Of a DNA stretch of 64,000 nt, positions 51,688-60,557 are shown piece by piece. The notes below the pieces were generated by a model. The model ran no database searches, was not told the DNA's origin, and saw only the letters and a program-made list of their open reading frames with translations. Position numbers and translations under genes: made by a program. Numbering within the stretch: position 1 is the stretch's first letter; each line of letters starts with the position of its first letter. The stretch covers positions 80,966 to 144,965 of the forward strand of contig MFRN01000043.1 of NCBI GenBank assembly GCA_001784585.1, given 5' to 3'. This stretch comes from Candidatus Melainabacteria bacterium RIFCSPLOWO2_02_FULL_35_15 (lineage in GTDB: Bacteria > Cyanobacteriota > Vampirovibrionia > 2-02-FULL-35-15).

Positions 51688-52205
51688 TACTGAATCTCGA
51701 TTGAGTCTTTATTATCGACTTCTGAAAGGCAAACCCTTATTGATTGTTTTGGTGTGGTGGAAATATTTTTACCGGTAAAATCTGCACTGATAGGCAGCCT
51801 TCTGTGCCCTCTGTCCACAAGAACAAGTAATTTTACACTTGTCGGTCTGCCAAAATCTTTTATAGCATCCAGGGCAGCCCTTACAGTTCTGCCTTCATAT
51901 AAGACATCATCGACTATTAGTACATTTTTATTATCTATATTAGGAACAGTGCTAGGTTTACTTTGTTTTAGAGACTTTCTGTGATCTAAATCATCTCTGT
52001 AAAGAGTTACATCTAAATAACCAAATGGTATATCTACTTTTTCTATTTGCAGGATGATATCGTGCAGTCTTTTTGCCAGGAATTCTCCTCTGGTTACAAT
52101 ACCTACAATTACAAGGTTATTTAAATCTACATAGTTTTCTATTACCTCATGAGCTAATCTTCTTAAGGTTTTTGTTAGTTCGTTACTGTCCAGTAATACG
52201 TTCAT
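51687..52205 (-). CDS. pyrR: Bifunctional pyrimidine operon regulator / uracil phosphoribosyltransferase PyrR
   Basis: 172 aa. PRT-fold motif VLIVDDVLYEGRTVRAALDAI. PyrR-like N-terminus. Confidence 0.85.
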   Translation of the reverse strand: MNVLLDSNELTKTLRRLAHEVIENYVDLNNLVIVGIVTRGEFLAKRLHDIILQIEKVDIPFGYLDVTLYRDDLDHRKSLKQSKPSTVPNIDNKNVLIVDDVLYEGRTVRAALDAIKDFGRPTSVKLLVLVDRGHRRLPISADFTGKNISTTPKQSIRVCLSEVDNKDSIEIQ

Positions 52206-52320
52206 TTTGTAGCCTAATTTAGCAACTAATCAGCTAGAATTATATAATCATTATGATGTTTTGTGTAATAAAACTGATCACTAATATATGATTTTGTACT
52301 TGTAATTATCGGAATTGACC

Positions 52321-52355
52321 GACGGAAGCTGCAGCTTGTCTGCAGCATTAAAAAA
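52321..52355 (+). promoter_or_regulatory. SD-hairpin-AUG leader module (GACGGAAG, CTGCAG-CTTGT-CTGCAGC, ATTAAAAAA, ATG) upstream of the acyl-CoA synthetase gene
   Basis: Read directly. Fourth copy of the conserved module. Confidence 0.5.
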
Positions 52356-54176
52356 ATGATACCAAAGAACATACCGAATCTTTTTATAGAACAGGCCAAT
52401 AAGTACAGTGAAAAAACAGCAGTTGAGTACAGATTAAGGCGTAATCAGCCATATAAAAGTATTTCCTGGACACATTTAAGTACTATCGTGCAGGAGGTAG
52501 CATATGGGTTAATTGAGCTTGGAGTTAAAAAAGGTGACAATGTTGCGATTTTATCCGGCACAAGATATGAATGGTCTGTTTTTGATTTAGCACTTTTGTC
52601 TATTGGTGCTGTTGTTGTACCTATATATCCCAGCTTACCTGAGCACAGTGTAAATTATATTTTAAATGATTCAATGAGTAAGATTATAATCCTCGAAGAC
52701 AAAGGACAGCTTCAAAAAATCAGATCACAGTGGGATAGTGTACCACAAGTTCGATATGCAATTGTAATTGAAGATCTTGGAGATCTGCCTCAATATGATC
52801 CCAGAATAATAAGTTTTAAAAATTTAAAAGACAAGGGCAAATTAAATTTTGCAGGTGATCCGGATTTGTTTGAAAGGCATCTTGCTGATATACGTGAAAA
52901 CGATCTCGCTTCAATAATTTATACATCCGGTACTACAGGCCCGCCAAAAGGAGTAATGCTTACCCATAAAAATATTTTAAGTGTTATATCTGTTCTTCCT
53001 GAGGTGTTGCCTATGAAACCATCTGACAAGTTTCTTTCTTTTTTACCTCTTTCTCATGTTTTTGAGAGAGTAGGAGGCCTTCATTATGCTGTTTCAACAG
53101 CTGTTACCATCTGTTACTGCTCAAGTATTGATCAAATAGGACCTGCTCTTAAAGATTCCGGTGCAACAATAATGTTAGTCGTTCCGAGGATACTTGAAAA
53201 AATCATAACAAAAATAAACCATGAACTTGAAGCTCTGCCTCCTTTTAAAAAAAATCTGTTTGCCCAGGCAATATCCTGCGGCAGGAAATTATTAGAGTTA
53301 AAAGAAAATAAAAAAAAATGTACATTTGATTTTTTCATTAATTCAGTTAAATATTTTTTTGCTGACAAATTTGTTTTTTCTTCAGTTCGTAAAAAGCTTG
53401 CACCAGAATTAAAACGTTTTGTATCTGGCGGTGCACCCCTTGCAAAAGAAATTGCAGAGTTTTTTTGTATTATTGGAATACCGGTACTTGAAGGTTATGG
53501 TTTAACTGAGACCAGTGCTCCTGCTACAGTAAACACTTTAAAACAAATGAAAATTGGCACTGTCGGAAAACCACTGCCAAATGTACAAATTAAAATTGCT
53601 GATGATGGTGAAATATTAATTAAGGGTCCAAATGTGTTTTGTGGTTATTACAAGGATGAAAAGGCAACAAAAGACTCTTTTGCAGACAACTGGTTTCTTA
53701 CCGGTGATATAGGAAGTATTGACAATGATGGATTTTTAAAAATTACAGGAAGAAAGAAAGATATAATTGTAAACTCTGCCGGAAAAAATATTGCTCCTCA
53801 AAATATTGAAAATGCCATAAGAAACTCACCATACATTAGCAATGTGGTAGTAATAGGAGACAAGAAAAAATATTTATCGGCACTGGTAACCCTGGAGCCA
53901 TCTTCAATATTAAATTACGCAAAGGAGTATAATTTATTTTTGGATAATGGAATGGAGAGCTTGGCAAAAGAGCCAAATGTTATTAAGTTAATAGATAAAG
54001 AAATTAAAATCAGAACTGCGGAATTTGCTGATTATGAACAAATCAGAAAGTTTACTGTTTTTCCTCAGGATTTTAGTATTGAATCAGGCGAGATTACACC
54101 TACTTTAAAAATCAAAAGAAAATTTATTGAGGAGAAGTATAAAAAAATAATTGATGATATGTATCCGACAGAATAA
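52356..54176 (+). CDS. Long-chain fatty acid-CoA ligase (AMP-binding superfamily)
   Basis: AMP-binding motif IYTSGTTGPPKGVMLTH. ..GYGLTET.. and ..TGDIG.. motifs. 606 aa. Confidence 0.9.
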   Translation: MIPKNIPNLFIEQANKYSEKTAVEYRLRRNQPYKSISWTHLSTIVQEVAYGLIELGVKKGDNVAILSGTRYEWSVFDLALLSIGAVVVPIYPSLPEHSVNYILNDSMSKIIILEDKGQLQKIRSQWDSVPQVRYAIVIEDLGDLPQYDPRIISFKNLKDKGKLNFAGDPDLFERHLADIRENDLASIIYTSGTTGPPKGVMLTHKNILSVISVLPEVLPMKPSDKFLSFLPLSHVFERVGGLHYAVSTAVTICYCSSIDQIGPALKDSGATIMLVVPRILEKIITKINHELEALPPFKKNLFAQAISCGRKLLELKENKKKCTFDFFINSVKYFFADKFVFSSVRKKLAPELKRFVSGGAPLAKEIAEFFCIIGIPVLEGYGLTETSAPATVNTLKQMKIGTVGKPLPNVQIKIADDGEILIKGPNVFCGYYKDEKATKDSFADNWFLTGDIGSIDNDGFLKITGRKKDIIVNSAGKNIAPQNIENAIRNSPYISNVVVIGDKKKYLSALVTLEPSSILNYAKEYNLFLDNGMESLAKEPNVIKLIDKEIKIRTAEFADYEQIRKFTVFPQDFSIESGEITPTLKIKRKFIEEKYKKIIDDMYPTE

Positions 54177-54228
54177 GTTACAGACGCCTCGCCGGGGCGT
54201 CTGTACAAAGTGGAAAGCAGTTTGCCTC

Positions 54229-55572
54229 ATGTTTCCTTGTTTCCTTGTTTCCTTGTTTCTTTGCTTCTCTGCCTCTTTTGCCCAAGAGAATTATCCGGTT
54301 ATAGAAAAAATTGAAAACATTATATTCGGGAAATCATTTCCAAATTTAAAAATCTCAAACAGGATTGGTGCAATTGAAAAAAATGTTTTTGGCAAGACTT
54401 ATCCGAATGATTCCTTGGATATAAGAACTAAACGCTTAAAAACCAATGTTCTTGGCATCTCTGATAATTTGCCGAATGAGAACAGTGAGACTGTTGAAAC
54501 ACCGTTAAATACAAATCAAGAGTTTCAGGACAATAATAATTATGAAAATTTGCAAACAGCAGAAATAAACAGTGAAAAATTCCAGGATATTCTCTATGAG
54601 TTTATAAATGAAGAGAGAAGTTTTAAGGGCTTGCTTCCGCTTGTAAAAGATGAAACAGCTCTTAGTGTTGCTTTTGAACAGGCAAAAGAAATATTAGCTA
54701 AAGGATATGTTTCATATAAAAATTTAAAAAACCAGTATCCGGACGAAAGATATACTCTCTCTGGCGGTACCGGTGCCATAATAGAAGTTATAAAAGGTTT
54801 TGAAAATGACTCAAATAAAAAACAGATTAAACTGACAGAACTTTTAGCTAAACAACTGGTACAGGCTATAGAAGCAAATCCGGATGATGCTCAGATTTTA
54901 TATAGTCCTTATATAAATCATTTTGGACTTGGATTTGCTCTGTCGAAAGACAAGAAAAAATTTGTTTCTGTAGTTGAGTTTGTAACAAAGGGAGGAGAAT
55001 TCGAACCTGTTAAACCACAAATAAGTCTTAATGAAAAATTAAAAGTTCTTGGCAAAATTAATCTTCCTTATAAATTTAAAGCAATATCAGTGGCATATTA
55101 TGATTCTGCCAGACTAAATTTTGAAGATGAAAATAATAATCCAGGATATTTTACAAGTGAAAGTCTTAAACCATATTTCCCTCCTCAGGATTATATTGCT
55201 TACAGCAATACTGCAAAAAGTACCTTTATAAAGGTAATAAAAGGAATTGGTGTAATAGGAGCAATAGGAGCAGCACCATTTACAGGCGGTGCCAGTGCCA
55301 TTTTAGCTCCTGCACTTATATCTTCAATTCAAAATGCTCCCCCGAGAGAAATACCTTTAAGAGGCGGGATAAAAGTTAATAAAAAAGGGGAATTTTCGGG
55401 AGAAATTGAATTAAATTATGAAGGGAGGGGAGGACTTTATTATGTTAGTGTTTTAGCTGAACTGCCCGGAGTTAATTTCCCGATTGTAATAAGCAGGAGA
55501 ACAGTCAGGGTTAATGGCTTTTTGCCAGCAGCAGGAAAAACTATACATGCAAATCAATCAAGAACAATTTAA
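54229..55572 (+). CDS. Secreted CAP/SCP (YkwD-like) domain protein. The signal peptide is encoded by an 8-bp tandem repeat
   Basis: Signal peptide MFPCFLVSLFLCFSASFAQE. Central region ..ILYEFINEERSFKGLLPLVKDETALSVAFEQAKEI.. resembles a CAP domain. The track ORF starts at 54151. The in-frame ATG at 54229 is the more plausible start. Confidence 0.5.
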   Translation: MFPCFLVSLFLCFSASFAQENYPVIEKIENIIFGKSFPNLKISNRIGAIEKNVFGKTYPNDSLDIRTKRLKTNVLGISDNLPNENSETVETPLNTNQEFQDNNNYENLQTAEINSEKFQDILYEFINEERSFKGLLPLVKDETALSVAFEQAKEILAKGYVSYKNLKNQYPDERYTLSGGTGAIIEVIKGFENDSNKKQIKLTELLAKQLVQAIEANPDDAQILYSPYINHFGLGFALSKDKKKFVSVVEFVTKGGEFEPVKPQISLNEKLKVLGKINLPYKFKAISVAYYDSARLNFEDENNNPGYFTSESLKPYFPPQDYIAYSNTAKSTFIKVIKGIGVIGAIGAAPFTGGASAILAPALISSIQNAPPREIPLRGGIKVNKKGEFSGEIELNYEGRGGLYYVSVLAELPGVNFPIVISRRTVRVNGFLPAAGKTIHANQSRTI

Positions 55573-55597
55573 TGATATTACTCAGGCAGAATATTAT

Positions 55598-56677
55598 ATG
55601 CGTGAGTGTTTTGAGCTTGCTAAAAAATCATTAGGCAGGACATCGCCAAATCCAGTTGTTGGAGCAATAATTTTGGATAAAAATGGTTTTCCTTCAGGGA
55701 AAGGCTATCATAAAGCTGCTGGCGCTGAACATGCAGAAGTAATTGCTATTAGAGAAGCCGGGGAAAAAACAAAAGGCGGGACTTTGATCGTTAACCTGGA
55801 GCCCTGCTGTCATGAAGGCAGAACTCCACCCTGCACAGAACTAATAATTCAAAGTCAAATACGTGAGGTGATTTTTAGCTGTCATGATGCAAATCCCCTG
55901 GTGCATAAGAAAGGAGAAGGGATTCTTTTAAAAAATAATATAAAAGTTTATTCATGCGTACTGGAATCTGAAGGTATTGAACTTAATAAATTTTTCTTTA
56001 AATGGGTTAAATCAAAACTTCCATGGGTTACTTTAAAGCAGGCTCAGACACTGGATGGAAAAGTTGCTCTCAGTAATAAACAAAGCAAATGGATTAGTGG
56101 AGAGTTCTCCGGAAAAGAAGTCCATAATCTACGCAATATTTACGATGCTGTTTTAGCAGGAGCAAGAACAGTAGAAATTGATAATCCGGAACTTACCGTG
56201 AGAGGTATTAAAAATTCAAGAAACCCAGCCAGAGTAATTATTGATTTAAATTTGATTACAAAACCTGACTCCAATATTTACAAAAATGACTCGGTTATTT
56301 ATTTGGTGACAAGAGCAGATCACTCCAGGGATAAATTAGATAACTATTTAAGATTAAACAATAACCTGAAATTTATCCAGTTCCCGGAAGTAACCAAAGG
56401 TAAAATTAATTTTAAACATTTGTTTGAAGAGCTCGGAAAAAAAGATATCTTAAGTATTTTAGTAGAAGCAGGGCCTAACCTTGCCGGTGAGCTTATTTCA
56501 GGTGGATTGGTAGATGAATATATTTTGTTTATTGCACCAAAAATATTTGGTGACAGTACAGCTCTTTCCAGCGTACAAATGAAACCACTGGATAATATTG
56601 AAAATTCTTACGAATTCAGGCTATTTGACTACAAATCAATAGGTAATGACCTTATGCTTTCTTTACGACCCAAATAA
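55598..56677 (+). CDS. ribD: Bifunctional riboflavin biosynthesis protein RibD (deaminase/reductase)
   Basis: CMP/dCMP deaminase zinc motifs HAEVIAI and LEPCCHEGRTPPC. C-terminal RibD reductase domain. The track ORF starts at 55514. ATG 55598 was chosen by homology. Confidence 0.9.
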   Translation: MRECFELAKKSLGRTSPNPVVGAIILDKNGFPSGKGYHKAAGAEHAEVIAIREAGEKTKGGTLIVNLEPCCHEGRTPPCTELIIQSQIREVIFSCHDANPLVHKKGEGILLKNNIKVYSCVLESEGIELNKFFFKWVKSKLPWVTLKQAQTLDGKVALSNKQSKWISGEFSGKEVHNLRNIYDAVLAGARTVEIDNPELTVRGIKNSRNPARVIIDLNLITKPDSNIYKNDSVIYLVTRADHSRDKLDNYLRLNNNLKFIQFPEVTKGKINFKHLFEELGKKDILSILVEAGPNLAGELISGGLVDEYILFIAPKIFGDSTALSSVQMKPLDNIENSYEFRLFDYKSIGNDLMLSLRPK

Positions 56678-56778
56678 TAGCTCAGTTACATGTTTTTAAA
56701 TATTTGTGCGGGTCTGGTAATTATGCTTCTATAATTAAACTTAGTTACTTTAGTAGCTTGAACTCAGGAGACGTACAG

Positions 56779-57408
56779 ATGACATTTAAAAATTTTATTC
56801 AATGTTTGTTGGTTTTAAGTTTTACTTTTTTTATCTCACAGAGTGTTTATGCTCAGGCAGCACAACAAAAAGATGCTTCTGTCGTTTCTGTAAATGAGCT
56901 GTCTGATATCCAGGGAGATGAATGGGCATATAAAGCAATACAAGAGCTTGTTGAAAAATATGATGTCCTGGAAGGTTATCCTGATGGTACTTTTAAAGGT
57001 AAAAAACCATCTACCAGATTTGAGCTGGCAGCAGCCGTTTATGATCTGGCTACATATTTTAGCGATCAAGTTGCTTTGGATCGTGATGACTTAGCTAAGC
57101 TTGCAAAGCTTCTGGATGAATTTTCAAGTGACATTAAGGCAATTCAGGGAAGAGTTGAACAACTGGAAACAAAAGTTACTGTAGTTGAAGGCAAGACTAC
57201 TGCCCTGGAAGCTAAGACCATGATATTAGAAGGCCAGGTTGCCCAGCATACAGCAAAACTACAAGAACATGAACAAAGACTTGCTTATGCTGAAAGAAGA
57301 AAAGGATTTATCTTTGAAAGATTAATGAAAGGCATAACAGTTGATGTAAGAGATTTTTCAAGAGGTTTTCTGGCTGCAATTACCTCTCCGTTTACTAAAA
57401 AGCCGTAA
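56779..57408 (+). CDS. S-layer homology (SLH) domain protein with a coiled-coil C-terminus
   Basis: Signal peptide. SLH motif ..LSDIQGDEWAYKAIQELVEKYDVLEGYPDGTFKGKKPSTRFELAAAV... Coiled coil follows. The track ORF starts at 56704. The ATG at 56779 (MTFKNF..) is the likely start. Confidence 0.7.
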   Translation: MTFKNFIQCLLVLSFTFFISQSVYAQAAQQKDASVVSVNELSDIQGDEWAYKAIQELVEKYDVLEGYPDGTFKGKKPSTRFELAAAVYDLATYFSDQVALDRDDLAKLAKLLDEFSSDIKAIQGRVEQLETKVTVVEGKTTALEAKTMILEGQVAQHTAKLQEHEQRLAYAERRKGFIFERLMKGITVDVRDFSRGFLAAITSPFTKKP

Positions 57409-57447
57409 CTCATTTCAAAGAATTAATAAAAAAATCTTCCTTAATTA

Positions 57448-58203
57448 ATGGAAAAATATCATATAGTTCAAATCTCAGATACCCATCTTTTTGGGGATAA
57501 AAATCAGAAAATTAATGGTTCAAATTCATATCAGAACTTAAAAAATGTTATAAATCATTTAATTTCTCTGGAGAAAAACCCGGATTTAATTGTAGTAAGT
57601 GGAGATCTTTCACAGGACTGTACTTTTGAATCTTATCAGCATCTGGCAAATCTGCTTAACAGATGCAAAATTAAATATTATTTTTTCCCGGGAAACCATG
57701 ATGATGTTAATGTTATAAATAAAGTTTTTGATATGAACTGGATGCAGGATAAAGCTGATTATTCCTTTGATTTAAATGGATGGTCGGTAAATGTTATAGA
57801 CACATCTGTTTATCCTGAAGTCGGTGGTGAATTATCAGATAAGCAATTAAAAACTCTTGAAGAGAACTTAAAACAAAACAAGAATAAACCAACAATTATT
57901 TTTATGCATCATCATCCTGTCCTGGTTAATAGCAGGTGGCTGGATAAAATGATTTTAAAAAATGCTGATAAGTTCAATGCTGTAATAAAATCAAATCTTC
58001 AGATAAAAGCAGTTTTATTTGGACACATACACCAGGTTTTTGAAAAAGATATTAATGGAATATTTTACGGAAGTGCTCCTGCCTGTTGCTATCAGGTTTT
58101 GCCAAAAACAGAGACCTTTACTATTGAAAAACTTAACGCTGGCTATAGACTGATTGAATTAGATGGGGATAAATTTAGCTCAAGGGTTATTTGGGTGGAT
58201 TAA
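57448..58203 (+). CDS. Calcineurin-like metallophosphoesterase (CpdA-like cyclic-nucleotide phosphodiesterase family)
   Basis: Motifs DTH, GDLS, GNHD and GH.H in the canonical order for class III PDE/CpdA. Confidence 0.8.
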   Translation: MEKYHIVQISDTHLFGDKNQKINGSNSYQNLKNVINHLISLEKNPDLIVVSGDLSQDCTFESYQHLANLLNRCKIKYYFFPGNHDDVNVINKVFDMNWMQDKADYSFDLNGWSVNVIDTSVYPEVGGELSDKQLKTLEENLKQNKNKPTIIFMHHHPVLVNSRWLDKMILKNADKFNAVIKSNLQIKAVLFGHIHQVFEKDINGIFYGSAPACCYQVLPKTETFTIEKLNAGYRLIELDGDKFSSRVIWVD

Positions 58204-58405
58204 AAAACGACATTAACTTATTTAAAAAACCACTTTTTGGTTTTAAGTGAGATTCTTCTGAAAGCATCTCTCCACAATGATGACAGCTTCCACAAATAAA
58301 TTTTGATTCAATGAGTGTCTGACAGCGAGGGCATTTTTGTTCTACAAACGTCTCGCTGACTTCAAAGCTACAAGTAGGACAGTTAATAGTTTTGCATTTG
58401 CTCAT
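58187..58405 (-). CDS. Small double zinc-ribbon protein, translationally coupled to feoB
   Basis: 72 aa with CPTC..CPRC..CGSC..HHC. Its start overlaps the feoB stop by 4 nt. Confidence 0.5.
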   Translation of the reverse strand: MSKCKTINCPTCSFEVSETFVEQKCPRCQTLIESKFICGSCHHCGEMLSEESHLKPKSGFLNKLMSFFNPPK

Positions 58406-60426
58406 GCACCTAATATTCTAGCAAGAATACTCCCTACACTAATAGCTAAAACCATTGAAGAAAGCCATATTCCGGCAGCAATCTTCCAGTTTTGTTCTTT
58501 AGCCATCACAGCTACAGTAGCAATACATGGAACAAATAGTGTTAAAACTATGCTGGCTACTGTAACCTGAGCTGCTGTCATATGAAGTTCAGTTAAACCA
58601 AATGCCCCGAAATCTCTTCTTACCATTCCTAAAATAAATGATACAGAGACTTCTTCAGGCAGATGTAATAGATTTTTTGATACTGGTCTAAAAATATCAA
58701 TTACCCTGTTTAATAAACCTGTCACCTGCATAAGAGAAACTATAAATGCAGCTATAAAAAAGGCAGGCACTGCTTCAGTCATAAAAAACATTATTTTTGT
58801 TCTTGCTTTGTAAAAAACATTTGAAATTCTTGGAAACCTTAATGGCGGAAGATCTATAAGAAGAGGTGTTGCTTTGCCCGGAAGAAACTTATTCATAATG
58901 AACCCGGTTAAAACTAAAACCATACTTATAATTGAGAGCCAGATTAACCAGAATGCTATTCCACCTGATTTAGCAAGCAAAGACTGGATGACACCCAGCT
59001 GAGCAGAACACGGTATTGCAAAGCCTAAAATAGTTATTGCAATTATTTTTTCTCTTTTTGTCGTTAAGAGTCTGGTGGTAACTGTAGCCATGGTTACGCA
59101 GCCAAGCCCGAGTATTAATGGAATTATGGCGCGACCATTCATTCCGATTCTTGTTAACAAGCCATCTACTAAAACAGCAAGTCGTGGCAAATAACCTGTA
59201 TCTTCTAAAATTGCCAGTGCAGTATAAAATGCAATAACCAGCGGTAATAACAAGCCTAACAGATAGGTAACTGTAAGAGTCAGAACACCGTATTTTCCTG
59301 CAAGTATTGTGCCGACTGCACTTAAAAAATTATTTTTGAGCTGAGAGCTCTGAGGTCGGAGTTCTAAACTCTGCTCTTCTATATAGTCACTTGGTCCAAA
59401 AAAGAACTCTTTCTTTTCTGTCTGATATTGTTTTAATTTATTATATTTTTCTTTTTCAGCCATAAAGCCTTTAGGAAAGCTGTATAGGTTATTATTTGCA
59501 AGAACTTCTACAGGAAAAAATTGCCCGGTAATCTCTCTTACCACAGGTTCATAATAAGCATTCATTATCTTTTTTTCAGTAAAGCTTATTAAATCACTCC
59601 CAATCCAGATTCCAAGAAATTGATATAAAAACAAAAATCCTATAAACAGTGCAATGATCGAACCCCAGACAGGCTCAGTCAGAACATTTGAAATCTTTGT
59701 TAAAAATCTTTCTTTTTTGTTTTTTATGCTGATTACATTTGAAATTATTTCATTTACATTTTTCCGTCTTTGGCTGTAAATCTCATTTCTTTTATTTCTT
59801 GGTTTTATTTTATGTCTTTCTGAAATTACTAAATCTCCTTCCAGAAGTAATAATGCTTCTGCCTGATTTGTTACCTCTGGAAGTAACTCTGTAAGCTCTC
59901 TTTGTAAAACAGGATCCACACTTCCTGTTTTTGCTTTTCCGCTCAGCAATGCATTTTTAACATCTGCCATGCCTTCGCCGGTTGTTGCAACAGTAAAATA
60001 AACAGGAACTTCAAGTATTTCACTTAGCTTTTTAATATTTATTTCCAAACCAATTTCCCTGGCTTCGTCCATTTGATTAACAGCTACAATTAATGGTTTT
60101 CCCATGTCAATTAATTGTTTAGTAAGAAACAAATCTCTCTCAAGGCTTATTGCAGATACTACATTTAATATTTCATCTGAATATAAAATTACATCCCGAG
60201 CTACTTTTTCTTCATCATTAAAGCTGCTAACACCATATATACCCGGAGTGTCTTTTACAATAAAATCTTTGTTTAGTAAAGCAGAAGTTATTTCCACTGT
60301 TGTACCAGGATAATTACTTACATCTACATAAACACTGCTTAGATAATGAAAAAAAACAGACTTACCTACATTTGGATTTCCTACGAGAACTATATGTTTT
60401 TGTGTTGCCTTTGTTAGATCAATCAT
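58402..60426 (-). CDS. feoB: Ferrous iron transporter FeoB
   Basis: N-terminal G-domain (LVGNPNVGKS, DTPG, NxxD-like). Polytopic C-terminal permease. 674 aa. Confidence 0.95.
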   Translation of the reverse strand: MIDLTKATQKHIVLVGNPNVGKSVFFHYLSSVYVDVSNYPGTTVEITSALLNKDFIVKDTPGIYGVSSFNDEEKVARDVILYSDEILNVVSAISLERDLFLTKQLIDMGKPLIVAVNQMDEAREIGLEINIKKLSEILEVPVYFTVATTGEGMADVKNALLSGKAKTGSVDPVLQRELTELLPEVTNQAEALLLLEGDLVISERHKIKPRNKRNEIYSQRRKNVNEIISNVISIKNKKERFLTKISNVLTEPVWGSIIALFIGFLFLYQFLGIWIGSDLISFTEKKIMNAYYEPVVREITGQFFPVEVLANNNLYSFPKGFMAEKEKYNKLKQYQTEKKEFFFGPSDYIEEQSLELRPQSSQLKNNFLSAVGTILAGKYGVLTLTVTYLLGLLLPLVIAFYTALAILEDTGYLPRLAVLVDGLLTRIGMNGRAIIPLILGLGCVTMATVTTRLLTTKREKIIAITILGFAIPCSAQLGVIQSLLAKSGGIAFWLIWLSIISMVLVLTGFIMNKFLPGKATPLLIDLPPLRFPRISNVFYKARTKIMFFMTEAVPAFFIAAFIVSLMQVTGLLNRVIDIFRPVSKNLLHLPEEVSVSFILGMVRRDFGAFGLTELHMTAAQVTVASIVLTLFVPCIATVAVMAKEQNWKIAAGIWLSSMVLAISVGSILARILGA

Positions 60427-60557
60427 AGTGCATTATTATATCAATTTATCGCCATTTTATTGGTGTTCAGGAATTGTTTGAATAAGATATCATATTAAGA
60501 TGTCAAAGTTTTATCAGAGGTGCAGGTCTTGAAAAAATTAATAAAATAAATACCGGG

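Noticed and set aside
52206-52355. PyrR attenuator (anti-antiterminator loop with UCCAGAGAGGC) upstream of pyrR. Also checked upstream of upp at 34000-34140
   Set aside because: No match to the conserved PyrR-binding loop on either strand.
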